Assembly (NCBI RefSeq): GCF_006345805.1
Contig: NC_043015.1
Span: forward strand, 5,270,001 to 5,334,000
Source of the DNA: Octopus sinensis
Lineage: Eukaryota
Direction: 5' to 3'
DNA: 64,000 nucleotides
The translations under genes and the position numbers were made by a program. Below the pieces are notes generated by a model. That model made no database searches. It was not told where the DNA came from and saw only the letters and a list, made by a program, of their open reading frames with translations. The stretch's first letter is position 1; every line of letters starts with the position of its first letter. This document shows, piece by piece, positions 1 through 12,633 of the stretch.

Positions 1-256
1 AGTACCTTTTTTGGAAAATACAAGGGCCAGGAGTACCAGTTGGCCGGAATTTAATTTTTGAAGAATCTGTTGCAGTGATTTGAACTATCGCAGTGCAAAG
101 AACTGTCGTTGTGCTGAACTGTTTCTTTTTTTCATTTCTGTTTTTCTTTTCTGTCTTTGTTTTATCTCTTGTCGTCTTTCTAACTTTTTTTTAAATTTTA
201 TTTTTTAATTTCATATGATTTGCTGAACTATTAAGAGACCTTTTTTAAAAAAATGC

Positions 257-1100
257 ATGGCGAAAAAGAATGTCTTGGAGTAGGAGATTATCTCACCAAA
301 ATAATGGATTAAACAGCAAGAGGAAAAGGCGGTGGTATTGAGAACATATTCGAAGATTCCCGACGTCATCGCTGTGCTCAGCAAAGAAGTAGTAGAAAAA
401 GATTTGAAGGACTATCTACCAAATGTAAAATTTATTGCACGGGGTGTCAGATATGCAACGGTTTGATTGCTATCTGATACCTCTGAGGAGGCTCGCATTT
501 TTGTGAGCCAGCCCATGGAGGATAATATAATTATTGTGGGAAGAAACAGACGCGGGTTTGGGTATGCGGGTTAACACCGAATTTAAAACCAGGCTGGCTA
601 AAGGACTCTATCCAACGGGGTTTGGTTGGCAGCGACGCCAAGCACCTTAATGCGAAATTATAATCAATGCCTGATTGGGTCGGATCAAAAATTATTTTGA
701 TCCTTTGGACCCAATCAGTAAAGTAGTTAGTCTTCCAGACTTTCTAACAATGGCTGGGAGCAGGTACCCGCTGATTCTTGAAGGTCGCCCCCAAGTGTCA
801 CCACCGTCTGGAACCTGGCCATACAAAAAAGAACTGGCCCCAGGACCAAAGAAATGTCCTGGAGAAGATGGTTGAGACCTCTGTAGAAGAGAGAAGGTAT
901 GCGGTCGAGGAGGCGTAGAACTCTTCAAAGAAGGACCGCAAGAGCAAGAAGGTTAGCAACAATGGGTGCTCACCGAAGGATCCTAAGGATGAGGGAGGAA
1001 AGGCGGATCTCCCGGTCACGGAGGAAACCCACCCTTTCTCAGGTAAGATGTAAAAAAGAGGAAGGAAAAGAGAAACGGGATATTGCCGACAGTTGGTAAT
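257..1100 (+). mobile_element. Decayed ORF1 (gag-like, CCHC zinc knuckle) of an L1/Tx1-type LINE
   Basis: Joining frames from ATG257 across stops and frameshifts gives MAKKNVLE*EIISPK*WIKQQEEKAVVLRTYSKIPDVIAVLSKEVVEKDLKDYLPNVKFIARGVRYATV... then VVSLPDFLTMAGSRYPLILEGRP/PKCHHRLEPGHTKKNWP (796-840). This is a CX2CX4HX4C knuckle with two Cys codons changed by single substitutions (CGT, TGG), followed by a K/E/R-rich tail. No ORF2 is visible. Confidence 0.7.
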
Positions 1101-2030
1101 ATAATACCGGGATGTCCCGGCGTTTGTGCGTATCAGTAATTTCTTTGCTTATACACTCCTGTGCTAATGATATTTTCCAACCCCCGTTCACATATGACAC
1201 TATTTTCACCCGACTAACAAATGTTACTTATATATCCAGGTAACGAAGCGAAGAATTTATCAACCTTTTTTTGCAGCATTTGTGGAGTTATTTGTAATCA
1301 GATATACTCCCACACATATACACACGCATGTTAGAGTACTAGGAGTTTTACAAGTAAGTATACATATGCTTGTGGCAGAATTTCCATCCATGGTGACACG
1401 CTGGAACGTTCATCGAAATAAACAAAGACGTTCAACAGAAGTTGCTATAAAGACAATATCGGTAGTATTTCAAAGAAAGAATTTCAAGAAATAAAAAAAT
1501 AATAAATAAAAGCTATCTCATTGAAACAGACATTTCCAACTCTACAGGTATAAACGCAAAAGGATGATTGTGCCGTTAGATATATTACCATATAAGTTCA
1601 GATAAGGGTTAAAGAACGCCTCTATCGTAATGCTTCTTCCGTCAAAAACTACCGACGGAAATGCCACGCACAAGACATCGAAGTTTCCATTGAAGCAACT
1701 GGGAGAAATATAGGAAACTTGAAAATAAAGGCAGCTATTTTAGTTAAGTACACTGTGGGAACTAATATCATATCTAAACTTGACGCTACCGATGGATACT
1801 ACAGCAAGGCAAAACGACACTCAAAACACACGTGCGCTCGCACGCATATGCATGCAAACACACACACAGAGTCTACAGAGCATGCTGTAAACATTTTTCT
1901 CCTCGTATAACGTGCTGAATGTATTCTTTGCAGCCTCCGGAAGACTGTGGTTCAAACAGATATTCAACTATCAAATACATGCAGCCCCACAGACACGTAT
2001 CCGCATGTGTGTGTATGTATATATATATAA

Positions 2031-2033
<3 letters not shown>

Positions 2034-2102
<69 letters not shown>
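2034..2102. repeat. (TA)n microsatellite
   Basis: Direct reading. Confidence 0.98.
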
Positions 2103-2104
<2 letters not shown>

Positions 2105-2145
2105 TATAGAAAACCCGTTGTCAGTATGTGTGCGTGTGTGTGTTA

Positions 2146-2502
2146 ACTCAGAATGTAAACACAGACGAAATAACGCCATGCATTTCACCCGTCGTTCTAA
2201 CGTTTCTATTGTTTTTATTGCCCACAATGGGCTAAACATAGAGGGGATGAACTAGAACAGACAAAGGGATTAAGTCGATTACATCAACCCCCAGTGCGTA
2301 ACTGAAAATTAATTTTTCGACCCTGAAACGATGAAAGTCAAAGTCGACCTCAGCGGAATTTGAATTCAGAACGTAATGGCAGAGGAAATACCAATTTCTT
2401 TACTACCAGAAGGGCCCAGACACCGAGAGGACAAGCAAGGACAGACAAACGGATTAAGTGGATTATATCGACCCCAGTGCGTAACTGGTACTTATTTAAT
2501 CC
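2146..2502 (-). mobile_element. tRNA-derived SINE family B (Meta-domain-like), tandem/permuted pieces
   Basis: Reverse complement of the unit at 29576-29807: tail piece 2395-2502, unit lacking the A box 2215-2392, head piece 2146-2210. Confidence 0.85.
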
Positions 2503-2818
2503 TCCATCCTATTGCGCTCAAATTTGGTATGTGGATACCGACGGTATCGGGGCGTGTATAAGTCTTGAAAAAATTACAAAATTCGATTCCACGTAAGATT
2601 ACGATCGATAAAGCCGTGAAAACCATTTTTTGTTTGGAATAGAAAAACTGTCTCTCTTTATTTCTTCTTTCACTGGAATCTCAAATTTAGGTTAAATCAG
2701 TGTTTGTCAAAGGGGAAGTATTTGGGACGGTTGGACAAGTTGTTTTGAAAAATTTTGGCGTACATGTTTGTCATCACAGCACCATCCATTGAACGGGGGG
2801 TGTTTTTCTAGTGTATAT

Positions 2819-2862
<44 letters not shown>

Positions 2863-4039
2863 ATATATATATAAGCATATGTATTCACATACATGTATAA
2901 GCCTGTATCTACGTGTGAGTCTGTGCATTTATTTATATATTTTTCCGTATACACCTTTTTGCTACATATTGTACCTTTGTACAGTTATCCTCGTATTCAG
3001 TGTATATTTGTGTATTACTTTGCATTGGTTGTGTTTCTTTTATACAACAGGGTTTCGTTATTTCGCTCTTCAGATAAATATAGGTAATTGTGTTATTGAA
3101 GAATACCTTAGAACAAATCCTGTTAAATCTCTGATGAACTATTTCTTAGCATTTCTGAATGTGCGCGTGCGTGCGTGCGCGTATTCTTTTCTCTGTGTGA
3201 TTGTGTGTGGATGTGTGCTATCTAGTTGTTCTAAGTATATTCGGAAGATTTTAAAAGAAAACTTTCTGATGCTGTAAAGAATGCTTTGAACACGCTATAC
3301 ATTTTGGTACAGTGTGTGGACAAGAAAAAATGCATTCATTTACCTATAATTCCGTTGAAATACAAAGATTGCATCAGATAATAATGTAGAAGACGAGAAA
3401 TATACATAGTAACAAATTATAGTCTACAAATACAATATAAATTTATAAATAAATGAATAAGTTTCCATTGCTCTCCAGATGAGAAACTGTACAAATTTGA
3501 AAAGTCTTCAATACTAGTGAAGAATATAATGTAGTCAATGGGTTTTACACTGGTTTCGAGCCTTCTCGTGGTAACAGTATGTCAAGAAAGATTAGCCAGT
3601 GGCCTAGACCAACAAAATTTGCACGAGTGATTTTGGCACCAACAATTGTGTAGTTTTAGAAGAAAGTAGAAACGAGCGACAAAAGACAGAAAACAAGAAT
3701 AAGGAATTTATAGCAGTCGAAATATAAAAGAAAGGGTAAGAAGAGGAGGAATAAAAAGAGAGACAAAAGAACGAGAAATACATTGAGGGAACGAAAACCT
3801 TATTAACCGAAGAGGAAGCAGAAATTTGTAAATGTGCCAAGAGATACACAATGAACAAGAAGTTTGAATTTTAAAGACATTTAGGGAGATCGAAAAGAAC
3901 TGGTACCAAAATTAATATTAGAGCAGACATTAGAAAAAAAATATGGCATTAATATGGTGATTTTTTAATTACAGACATGTGATTTTAATTAAAAAGTAAT
4001 AATAAAGAAAAATACATTCTATAATTGTAATAAGTTTGC

Positions 4040-4150
4040 TTCCCAAGAATGTTGTCTTCGGTTCAGATTAGGAAAGTGTTTTCTACTATAGAAAACACAG
4101 AGCCGTGCGAGTGAACTTAGTAGATGGAAATTGAAAGAAGTCCATCGTAT
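4040..4150 (+). mobile_element. Highly decayed 5' half of SINE family A
   Basis: gttcag...gaaagtgttttctactatag...agtagatggaaattgaaagaagtccatcgtata resembles the family A head. Confidence 0.5.
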
Positions 4151-4369
4151 ATTCAAACATACAAACACATACACACATACACGCATACATACGTACGTAT
4201 GTGTATGTATCAGTGTGTGTTTGTATTTGTGCCTATCCTGTATGAAGGTTTCGTAACCAGTACCACTTTATTTACGTTCCCGTGGGGGCTTGTTCGGCGA
4301 AAACCCTTGAATGCGGTGTCGTATCATGAACGGAGTCCAATCACTGAAACAAGAAATTGATAAATGGAG

Positions 4370-4848
4370 TTTGGTCCACAGAACCAGAGGTTGAATGTTG
4401 ACCTGAATGATTGCTAGTTTCAACTAGGTGCCCCACCCCCACAATAGTATCACTGTCCGAGAATGCGTAACTAAAGTTTTTCGGGATAGATGGAAAGGAC
4501 GAGGATCGCAACAACTTCTAGCACCTGTCAAATGGCCTCCCAGCAGTCCAGACCTCACGTCTTGCGATAACGCACTGTGGGGTATTACCAAGGAGAGAGT
4601 TTCTTATGAACGATGCCAGAAAAGCCATTAGCTGAAGGTCGCTATTCGGAGAACCATTGCAGCAATCACAAAAACACAGAAACTGGCACCGCATTATTTT
4701 GTGCCACGGAACGTATGATATTCATTCATGCCTTCTCAATGTATGTCAGCGTCAATGAAAATGAATAAACTAAATTCAGTTCATGATTTGAATTACCGCA
4801 TTACATGTTCTTCTATTGTTCTCATTACTTTTTTGGTCCACCCTCTAT
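4370..4848 (+). mobile_element. Tc1/mariner DNA transposon 3' remnant (transposase C-terminus plus right TIR)
   Basis: QLGAPPH..VRECVTKVFRDRWKGRG...KWPPSSPDLTSCDNALWGITKERV matches the QQDGAPPH/WPPRSPDL motifs; the element ends ...ACTTTTTTGGTCCACCCTC followed by TA. Confidence 0.85.
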
Positions 4849-7102
4849 ATTCTGTCATTGTCTTCCTTAATGCTTCCGATATCTATTTGGATAATGATAA
4901 AATGAATATAAGATAGGCAAAGGCATTTAGTAGTGAATTTATGAAAGTGTAACAATACGAATGATTTGAAGAACAGTAAAATAAGTAGATTGATTACATA
5001 AATAATATATTTCCTTCGGAAGGCTTCATCGAGAAAATTGTGTAATTCATGAAAATTTTAAAACAATTTGCGATGCATCAATCCCCATCAAACACACACG
5101 TACACACATATTCACATACGAGTGCGAAATTTTGTGTGCTTAGGTATTGTATATATGTATATATGTATCTACACATATTTTCCTATTTCTGAAAATATCA
5201 GTCAGTCTTATTTAAATATACTATGGAAACATCGGTGTCCATTTGCTAGAGGATCATTTCTCTTGCTTTATGATATAAATTATTTCCAATTATAAAGCAA
5301 ATATTACTTTTAGCTATTCTTACAAACGAATCTTTATCAGAATATCATTATCTTTCCTGTATTGATTGAGCTAGAGATTATATTCGACATAATGTGTAGC
5401 GACATTGAACAATAATTTTTTCTCCTTAACGCTATGGGGACATTCATACAGAGATCTCCTAGCCGTGACTATTTTACTGCCTTGAATATCTTTCTTCATA
5501 GATTATATAATTAGAATAATTGTCACATTATTTATCTTGCCGTCAGACGGATAATAACATATGACTTGAGGGAGATCAGTCTACTATTTCTAGCAATGCG
5601 AACAGTAATGGATTTGTTAGTAGGGAGAGAATGCAATGTATATGATAAGCTTTGAAAATTCAAAGCAGTCGGCTAATTATTCAAACATTCAATTCTATAG
5701 ATTCGGTCTGTTGAGATATTCAAATTGATTACTGCCTTCATTTTTGAAGTAGGAGATGAAACAAATGTGTGCAGTCTGTATGGAAATGATATAATAATAA
5801 ATAATCCATATTTTCAACACGAAATATGATTGAGGCACAAGGTTATCTTTGATGTGAGGAGACATATATTATATGATAACTGAAATGGAATAATCTGATT
5901 ATGTCATATATAACAATAGAATGTCGCGAAAGGTTCACAATGAGTGAAAATCATTTAGAGACGGCGTGAATCAATAACTTCTTAGCGATAAATATATTCT
6001 ACAACATGCATTAAATACACTTTTTGTTTATGAATATATGTGTATGTCTGTCCGTTTATATTTGAGAGAGTGACTGTGTTCCTATTACTAAAGCATCTTG
6101 CTTTTACAAGATTTTTTCATATTCTTTTTTGTATTTCTTCTCTCCTTTATACAGAACTAACATAATACTTCTCAATACTTTTTTCTGTCATTTTAAAATA
6201 CTGAATTCATTATTTTAAAATGAAAAGATTAACGTCAGCCAATGCTTTTCAAATTATCTATTATCATGCACTGATTTTGGACTCTACCACCAAGATTTGA
6301 TTATCATAATGAAACTCACCTTCAGGGGAAGTGGTGTCTGTAAACACACTACCATAGATCTATTCTCCTCTGAACTGTAACTCAAAGCTTACATTATATG
6401 TTGTGATAGAGAGTTTTGTAATTCTAAACTAGAAGCAAGTTATAGTATGCAGCTGCAAAAAGACATTGATTACAACGCAAACACAATGTGTAAATGTTAG
6501 TATTCTGTAATCTACTACCGATGCTGGTCAGGACGTGATATTTGAGGAAAATAAACATCGATTACTTTCTCTACTTTTCGCACCAAAACTGCAAAAGCTG
6601 AAATGTAGTTTGAGTTACATTGGGGTAAATTTAATTTTTTTAAATGGCAGTCGAAATTTTGCTGAGAGCTGGAGGAGCCAGTCGGAAACTTTAATGTCAG
6701 TAATACAAAACGAACACCAGTTTGCTGAACATCAGAACTGAGTAAGTCTCCGTATTTAACCCATTCCTATATACCTTTAGCAAGTGCCCAAGTATAATTT
6801 TGTAGCTACTTAATATCCTTGGGATAAAACCTTACCAAAAGCCCTCAATGCTGATTATTTTTGAAATAGAGGATACTATGAATATCTGAAGTTGATGAAA
6901 ACAATATCACGAGTGCCTATGAAGAATACTCTAATGAACTCTATGTTTACATGGAATTGAAGTACCTTGAACACTCTCAGAGAGAAACATTGGTCAATGA
7001 AATGACAAACTTCTACATACTAGCTCATTGTTCATCTGAATAACAATGGTACATAAATACAATTCAAAATCTGGAATTAATATTTTATTCATTTATATCG
7101 AA

Positions 7103-7501
7103 CTAGCAGTATCGCCCGGCGTTGCTCGGGTTTGAAAGGGAAATAAATATATAAGCGTTTTTAGAGAGTTATAGCCGAAAAATAGCAAAAAAATGCATTA
7201 AAAATGGAAAAAAAAAATTATGGTAAATTTTTTTTTAAATCGTTGACTCATCGTAGACATTTTTAGAGAGTTACTTCCCTTATATAATAGTGGAAAATGC
7301 ATTAAAATAGAAACAAATGATGGTAAATTATTTTTAAAATCGTAGACTCATCGTAGACGCGCGCTAATACCCAGAAGGGCTCGATATGAATCACGACTAT
7401 AAGATACCCGCTTTTGGTTACACTGCACCACAAAATCTGGGAGTAGTTAGGAATCTAAATCGTAGGAGACAGACACACAACTTGACTTTTATATATAAAG
7501 A
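7103..7501 (-). mobile_element. Non-autonomous Helitron, copy 1
   Basis: Minus strand reads A|TCTTT...CCCGAGCAACGCCGGG (hairpin)...CTAG|T, i.e. 5'-TC and 3'-CTAG termini in an AT target. It carries an internal ~110-bp tandem duplication. A second copy lies at 45137-45532. Confidence 0.85.
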
Positions 7502-7539
7502 TATTATTTGACGAAGTGTGGGAATGAAAATGTGCGAGA

Positions 7540-7745
7540 TGTGCCAGTTAGAGATCATATATGCTCTAATATGAAAAAGCACTCGACTGAGAATCAGATC
7601 TGCAGTGATTATGTCATATATGCAGTTGGTGACTGTTTTGGCTAGCAAGATCAAAGCTTCTTCAACAATGAGATTTAGTCACTGCAACACGGAACTTTAT
7701 CGACTGCAAGATGTGCTATGTTGAAAGTTGAACAATAAACCTTAT
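7540..7745 (+). mobile_element. Mariner transposase C-terminal fragment
   Basis: ..NMKKH..NQICSD.VIYAVGDCF..QDQSFFNNEI..LQH...YVES; homologous to 9795-9960. Confidence 0.7.
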
Positions 7746-7884
7746 AGTTACGCGACAGCCATGCAGTGTCAATTGAAATTTTTAATCGTAGTAAATGAGG
7801 AAATGGATCTAAGTTGCCAATGTAAATATAATATTCAGTCTTGAGAGTATGAAATATATATAAAATTGTTTCCGTGCCTACGTT

Positions 7885-8292
7885 ACTCTCTTTTACTCTT
7901 TTTTATATTTTTCAGTCATTTGACTGCGGCCATGCTGGGGCACCGCCTTTAGTCGAGCAATTCGACCCCGGGACTTATTCTTTGTAAGCCCAGTACTTAT
8001 TCTATCGGTCTCTTTTGCCGAACCGCTAAGTGATGGGGAGGTAAACAACCAGCATTGGTTGTCAAGCAATGCTAGGGGGACAAACACAGACACACAAACA
8101 CACACATACATATATATATATACATATATACGACAGGCTTCTTTCAGTTTCCGTCTACCAAATCCACTCACAATGCATTGGTCGGCCCGGGGCTTTGGCA
8201 GAAGACACTTGCCCAAGGTGCCACGCAGTGGGACTGAACCCGGAACCATGTGGTTGGTTAGCAAGCTAATTACCACACAGCCACTCCTGCAG
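7885..8292 (-). mobile_element. SINE family A, full length (young subtype)
   Basis: Pol III A box (TGGCTGTGTGG) and B box (GGTTCAGTCCC), CCTTGGGCAAG CORE-like motif, internal (TA)n(TG)n, and 3' tail GGCGGTGCCCCAGCATGGCC...GACTGAAA. Confidence 0.95.
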
Positions 8293-9077
8293 CTCGTGAT
8301 ATGAAAAAGGCAAAATGTATAAATCACCAAAGCCAAAAAATGAAGGGATCGTCAGCTTGAATGCTTGAGAGAATGTGTCAGGTCTACTATAAGGAATTGA
8401 GATATTAAGGAAAGAGACGGAACGGTTATTGGAAACAACCTGATCGATACAAAATCCCGAACAAAGCGGTCATAACAGCAGTGAATATACGAATATAAAA
8501 AGAACCCACAAAACCAGATAGAAAAATTAGACACTGACTTCAAGAACAATAAGACAAAACATTTTCAGATGAATACGAGAAAAGATGCGGAAGATTAGAA
8601 ATGCATGTTATGCTACGACAGAAAAGAACGCGATTCATACGTATGTATGAATACATCCGTTGTATTTTGATACAGGAAATAGTATTTTAAACAGCCTCTT
8701 CCCCTCTCCCACACAAGATGCATGGTGCAGAATTTCGAGGTAAGATAGCAAAGCAACAATAAAACAAAAGGAGTTAAGGAATAAAATCCAGAAAGCCCCT
8801 GTTGTTTGAAACATCATAGTTGGAGTACTAAATGTAGAAGTGTGCATGTTTAATATGAGATAAAATTTAGTATTTTCAGGAACTCTATGAAGTATCCAAC
8901 AGTCTGAACATGTAGGCTGAATTTATCGAAAGTTAGAAAACAAATCCCAGGAGTTAAATTCGTTTTCACTCTTGACTTTATAAAGAAAAATGTCAGTAGA
9001 ATTCTGTAGAAATAATGATAATAATATCGAAGAAGCAATATAGTCAGAGTTAAAAGTCAATTTTATAAACAGATCGA

Positions 9078-10025
9078 TACAAGGGTGAGATACGTTCGTA
9101 GGCTGACGATGAATGAATAATGCAAGAGCGGTGAAGTCTTGCGAGCATTAATTTCAACTCTTCTTATAAATAACTGCTTATTTTTGTTTCAGTATTAACT
9201 GTTTCTTGAAAGAAAACTTCAAATGTAAATAGGAGAAAATGTAAATGCACAAAATTTGGCATCGTGCTGTTGTTACCAAGTAGTGACAGGAAAAATGTTT
9301 TAGTCTCTAAGGCAATTTCTGCTGAGATAGTCGCTACATTAGGGTATGACGCTTCAGGTTTATCAACAGTTTGAAAATTGGCAGCTGAAATTCAGAGCGG
9401 AAGGGTTTGTCTTGAAGGCGACCAAATGTCTGGACGTCTTGCAACTGCTATCATGAGGAAAAAATAATTGATCTTCTTCACGACATGGTGATGGATAGCA
9501 GGCGATTGACTAAATATAAAATAGTCAATGCTATTAGAATATCCTGTGAGAGAGTTGTAAATACTTTGCTCAATGAGTTTGGCATGATAAAGACTTCTGC
9601 TCCGAGTAAGCCACATCTCTTGCACCTCATCAAAAGCGAACAAGACTGATACCCCTTCTCAACAGGAGGTGTCGTGAATGCCGTTTTGGTAATTGTGATA
9701 GATCCTTTCGAGTCAGAAGCAATCTCAATAAATCAAGAGCTTATGTTGCATGGATAGATTTTGTGTGTATATGTTCTTCCGATTTTGTAAAATCTGACTA
9801 TCATATATACCCCAACTTGAAAAAGCACTTGACTGATAACCATATTTGCAATGATGATGTCGTGTCTGCTGTTGGTGACTGCTTTGACCAACAGGGTAAA
9901 TGATTCTTCACCACTGAGATTTAGTAACTGTGCTATGTTGAAAGTTGAAAACAATTAACCTTATAGTGGTCACATTTCATGAGAGTATCTTGATGAGTCT
10001 ATGAACATTTAATCCGAACCCAGTA
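9078..10025 (+). mobile_element. Internally deleted mariner element with degenerate TIRs
   Basis: N-terminal HTH (..ISAEIVATLG.DA..LSTV.K.AAE..SGR...E.D..SGR.ATA..) at about 9250-9650 and C-terminus at 9795-9950; the catalytic middle is missing. Ends resemble each other: TACAAGGGTGAGATACGTTCGTAGGCTGA versus the reverse complement of TGAGTCTATGAACATTTAATCCGAACCCAGTA. Confidence 0.85.
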
Positions 10026-10966
10026 GCCGATAAGCAAAATTATACGAAAGGTCCTTAGGATTCAGTTTCAGTGATTTTAAAACAGACATAACCAGTATAT
10101 GAACCAAGGACTCTGCTCACTTCTGTCTAAATCATGTAAATTACCGAGAGCATATATACTTGCCCTCAGTTCCATGTACAGTAAAGACCCTTGGCTACTG
10201 ATGATGGTTACTAATCTCGAAACATACGTCAACGAATCCCCTTTCATCTATAAGAAATATGTTTATACCATTTTCTTAATATTATGTTAGTTTTCTAGAA
10301 TACATGATTGCGGAAATTATCTCCCCTTCGCAAGAGGATATGTCGTTCTTGCCATTTTGGTAATTAGGATAGATCCTCTTGATTCAGATACAATTTTAAT
10401 AAATCAAGAAATTGTGTTATATAGTTAGAGATATAGCTGTAGTTGTGTATATGTATCCATATACGCATATAGTGTTCGTGTATATATAATGTGTGTACTG
10501 ATTAATATAGATACATGTAGATATAGGAGTGTGAGCATAGAGTGTTATACATACATATATATATATATATATACATAGATTGATACAGATATATAGTGTC
10601 GTGTACTTTTATGTTGGTGAGTGGAAGCTAGCCTCAGTATGTTACTCTCGATATAATTTAACAGATGTATTTTTAATATTTTTACGTTAAGAATTCATTA
10701 TGGATTAATAGATAAATATTAATTTAAGAAGAAAATATAAAACCGAGAAAAACGTTTAGGCCTGTAGTAAAATTCTAGAATGGATTCGTTGTATTGTCAT
10801 GGAAATGTGGTTCTTGGACAGAAATCGAGGCCTTGCACCAATTAAATTTCCATCCATTACAAAGTATATTATGTGGTAAAGAAAAAGGGATATATATAAC
10901 TTCGTATACATCTGACCTTCTGTTGTAGATTCATATCATTCCTATTCCCATCGTAAATATTGTAAC

Positions 10967-10967
<1 letters not shown>

Positions 10968-11024
<57 letters not shown>

Positions 11025-11040
11025 GTCATCTTCATCACCA
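10968..11040. repeat. (CAT)n microsatellite (duplicated at 12287-12359)
   Basis: Direct reading. Confidence 0.97.
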
Positions 11041-11315
11041 TTAATACCAAAATTATCATTAATGTTCAATACATCCACGGGACAGACAAGATTTTTAGAG
11101 GTTAGATTTTCTTTGTCCGGATGCAGTACTTGCCACCAACTCGCAAGTCTTTCAAATAAAGTAATATTAACTTCGGTACATCACAATCGCATTCCACAAT
11201 CCTTCAGTTTGTCAATACCCTGCAAAAGAATTCGGAAGGTTGGGCCTCCTGTTCTTTCGCTATATCGTTACAGCCAGGAGCATTTTAGCACTCACTCATA
11301 AATATATGTATATAT

Positions 11316-11852
11316 CGGCATATCTGGCATTAGAAATTTTTTCGTTTGCCCTTAATTATGAATTGTTTATAGATTTAACCTTTAAAGGTATGTTTTGATA
11401 TGCTGGCCATTGATAAGGTGTTTTTAGAAAAGAATATATTTTTCGAAAATAATTTTATCCTTCATTAGATATAAATTCAAGCGTTCACTTCCGGACTCTT
11501 TCACTCTGTGGGAGCATTAGTTCTAATCGCACGTGTCTCGAATGGGCTGGAGTATTTCTATTTTGGATGTATTTGGGGTACTTATTTGTGCTCATGACTT
11601 AGTGTTCGCTTCTTCCATGGGTATGAGTAAGTATCTCATTTATTTCTTTTGCCACATGTATCACTGACGAAGGAAGGGCTGTTACAAGCTAACCCTGAAA
11701 TCGGTCCGATATGGTAATAATGGAATGTTTTAGAAATTTCTGTCGACCTTTTTTCGAGTAGCGTGCATATTGTGAAAAAGTTATATGGTTAATGGACAAT
11801 TTTTCGGCATATCTGGCATTAGAAATCTTTTCGTTTGCCCTTAATTATGAAT

Positions 11853-11855
<3 letters not shown>
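11316..11855 (+). mobile_element. Penelope-type pLTR / retrozyme-like unit (~489-bp monomer plus 51-bp terminal redundancy) carrying an HHR
   Basis: 51-bp direct repeat 11316-11366 / 11805-11855 (1 mismatch), HHR at 11659-11716, and a diverged homolog at 62441-62634. Confidence 0.75.
11659..11716 (+). ncRNA. Type I hammerhead ribozyme motif
   Basis: Stem I TATCA/TGGTA; core CTGACGA 11664-70; stem II AGG..CCT; GAAA 11697-700; palindromic stem III ATCGG-T-CCGAT; cleavage triplet AUA, cut after 11711. Confidence 0.75.
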
Positions 11856-11892
<37 letters not shown>

Positions 11893-12285
11893 CATAGATT
11901 GATACAGATATATAGTGTCGTGTACTTTTATGTTGGTGAGTGGAAGCTAGCCTCAGTATGTTACTCTCGATATAATTTAACAGATGTATTTTTAATATTT
12001 TTACGTTAAGAATTCATTATGGATTAATAGATAAATATTAATTTAAGAAGAAAATATAAAACCGAGAAAAACGTTTAGGCCTGTAGTAAAATTCTAGAAT
12101 GGATTCGTTGTATTGTCATGGAAATGTGGTTCTTGGACAGAAATCGAGGCCTTGCACCAATTAAATTTCCATCCATTACAAAGTATATTATGTGGTAAAG
12201 AAAAAGGGATATATATAACTTCGTATACATCTGACCTTCTGTTGTAGATTCATATCATTCCTATTCCCATCGTAAATATTGTAAC

Positions 12286-12343
<58 letters not shown>

Positions 12344-12633
12344 GTCATCTTCATCACCATTAATACCAAAATTATCATTAATGTTCAATACATCCACGGA
12401 CAGACAAGATTTTTAGAGGTTAGATTTTCTTTGTCCGGATGCAGTACTTGCCACCAACTCGCAAGTCTTTCAAATAAAGTAATATTAACTTCGGTACATC
12501 ACAATCGCATTCCACAATCCTTCAGTTTGTCAATACCCTGCAAAAGAATTCGGAAGGTTGGGCCTCCTGTTCTTTCGCTATATCGTTACAGCCAGGAGCA
12601 TTTTAGCACTCACTCATAAATATATGTATATAT

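Noticed and set aside
483-515. CTGAGGA followed by a GGCTC/GAGCC stem
   Set aside because: There is no GAAA after the stem, and it lies inside the ORF1 remnant.
3040-3080. Minus-strand CTGAAGA...GAAA
   Set aside because: Stems I-III cannot form convincingly; likely chance.
6651-6742. Exon-like segment before GTAAGT; similar cases at 22748-22831, 27310-27400 and 51995-52037
   Set aside because: Splice signals are only moderate, the peptides are unrecognised, and this frequency is expected in AT-rich DNA.
8340-9050. Purine-rich stretch that might be a LINE endonuclease remnant
   Set aside because: No diagnostic APE motifs could be recovered.
10869-11078. Poly-Asp ORF (and its duplicate at 12188-12397)
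   Set aside because: It is the translation of a (CAT)n microsatellite; the flanks are not protein-like.
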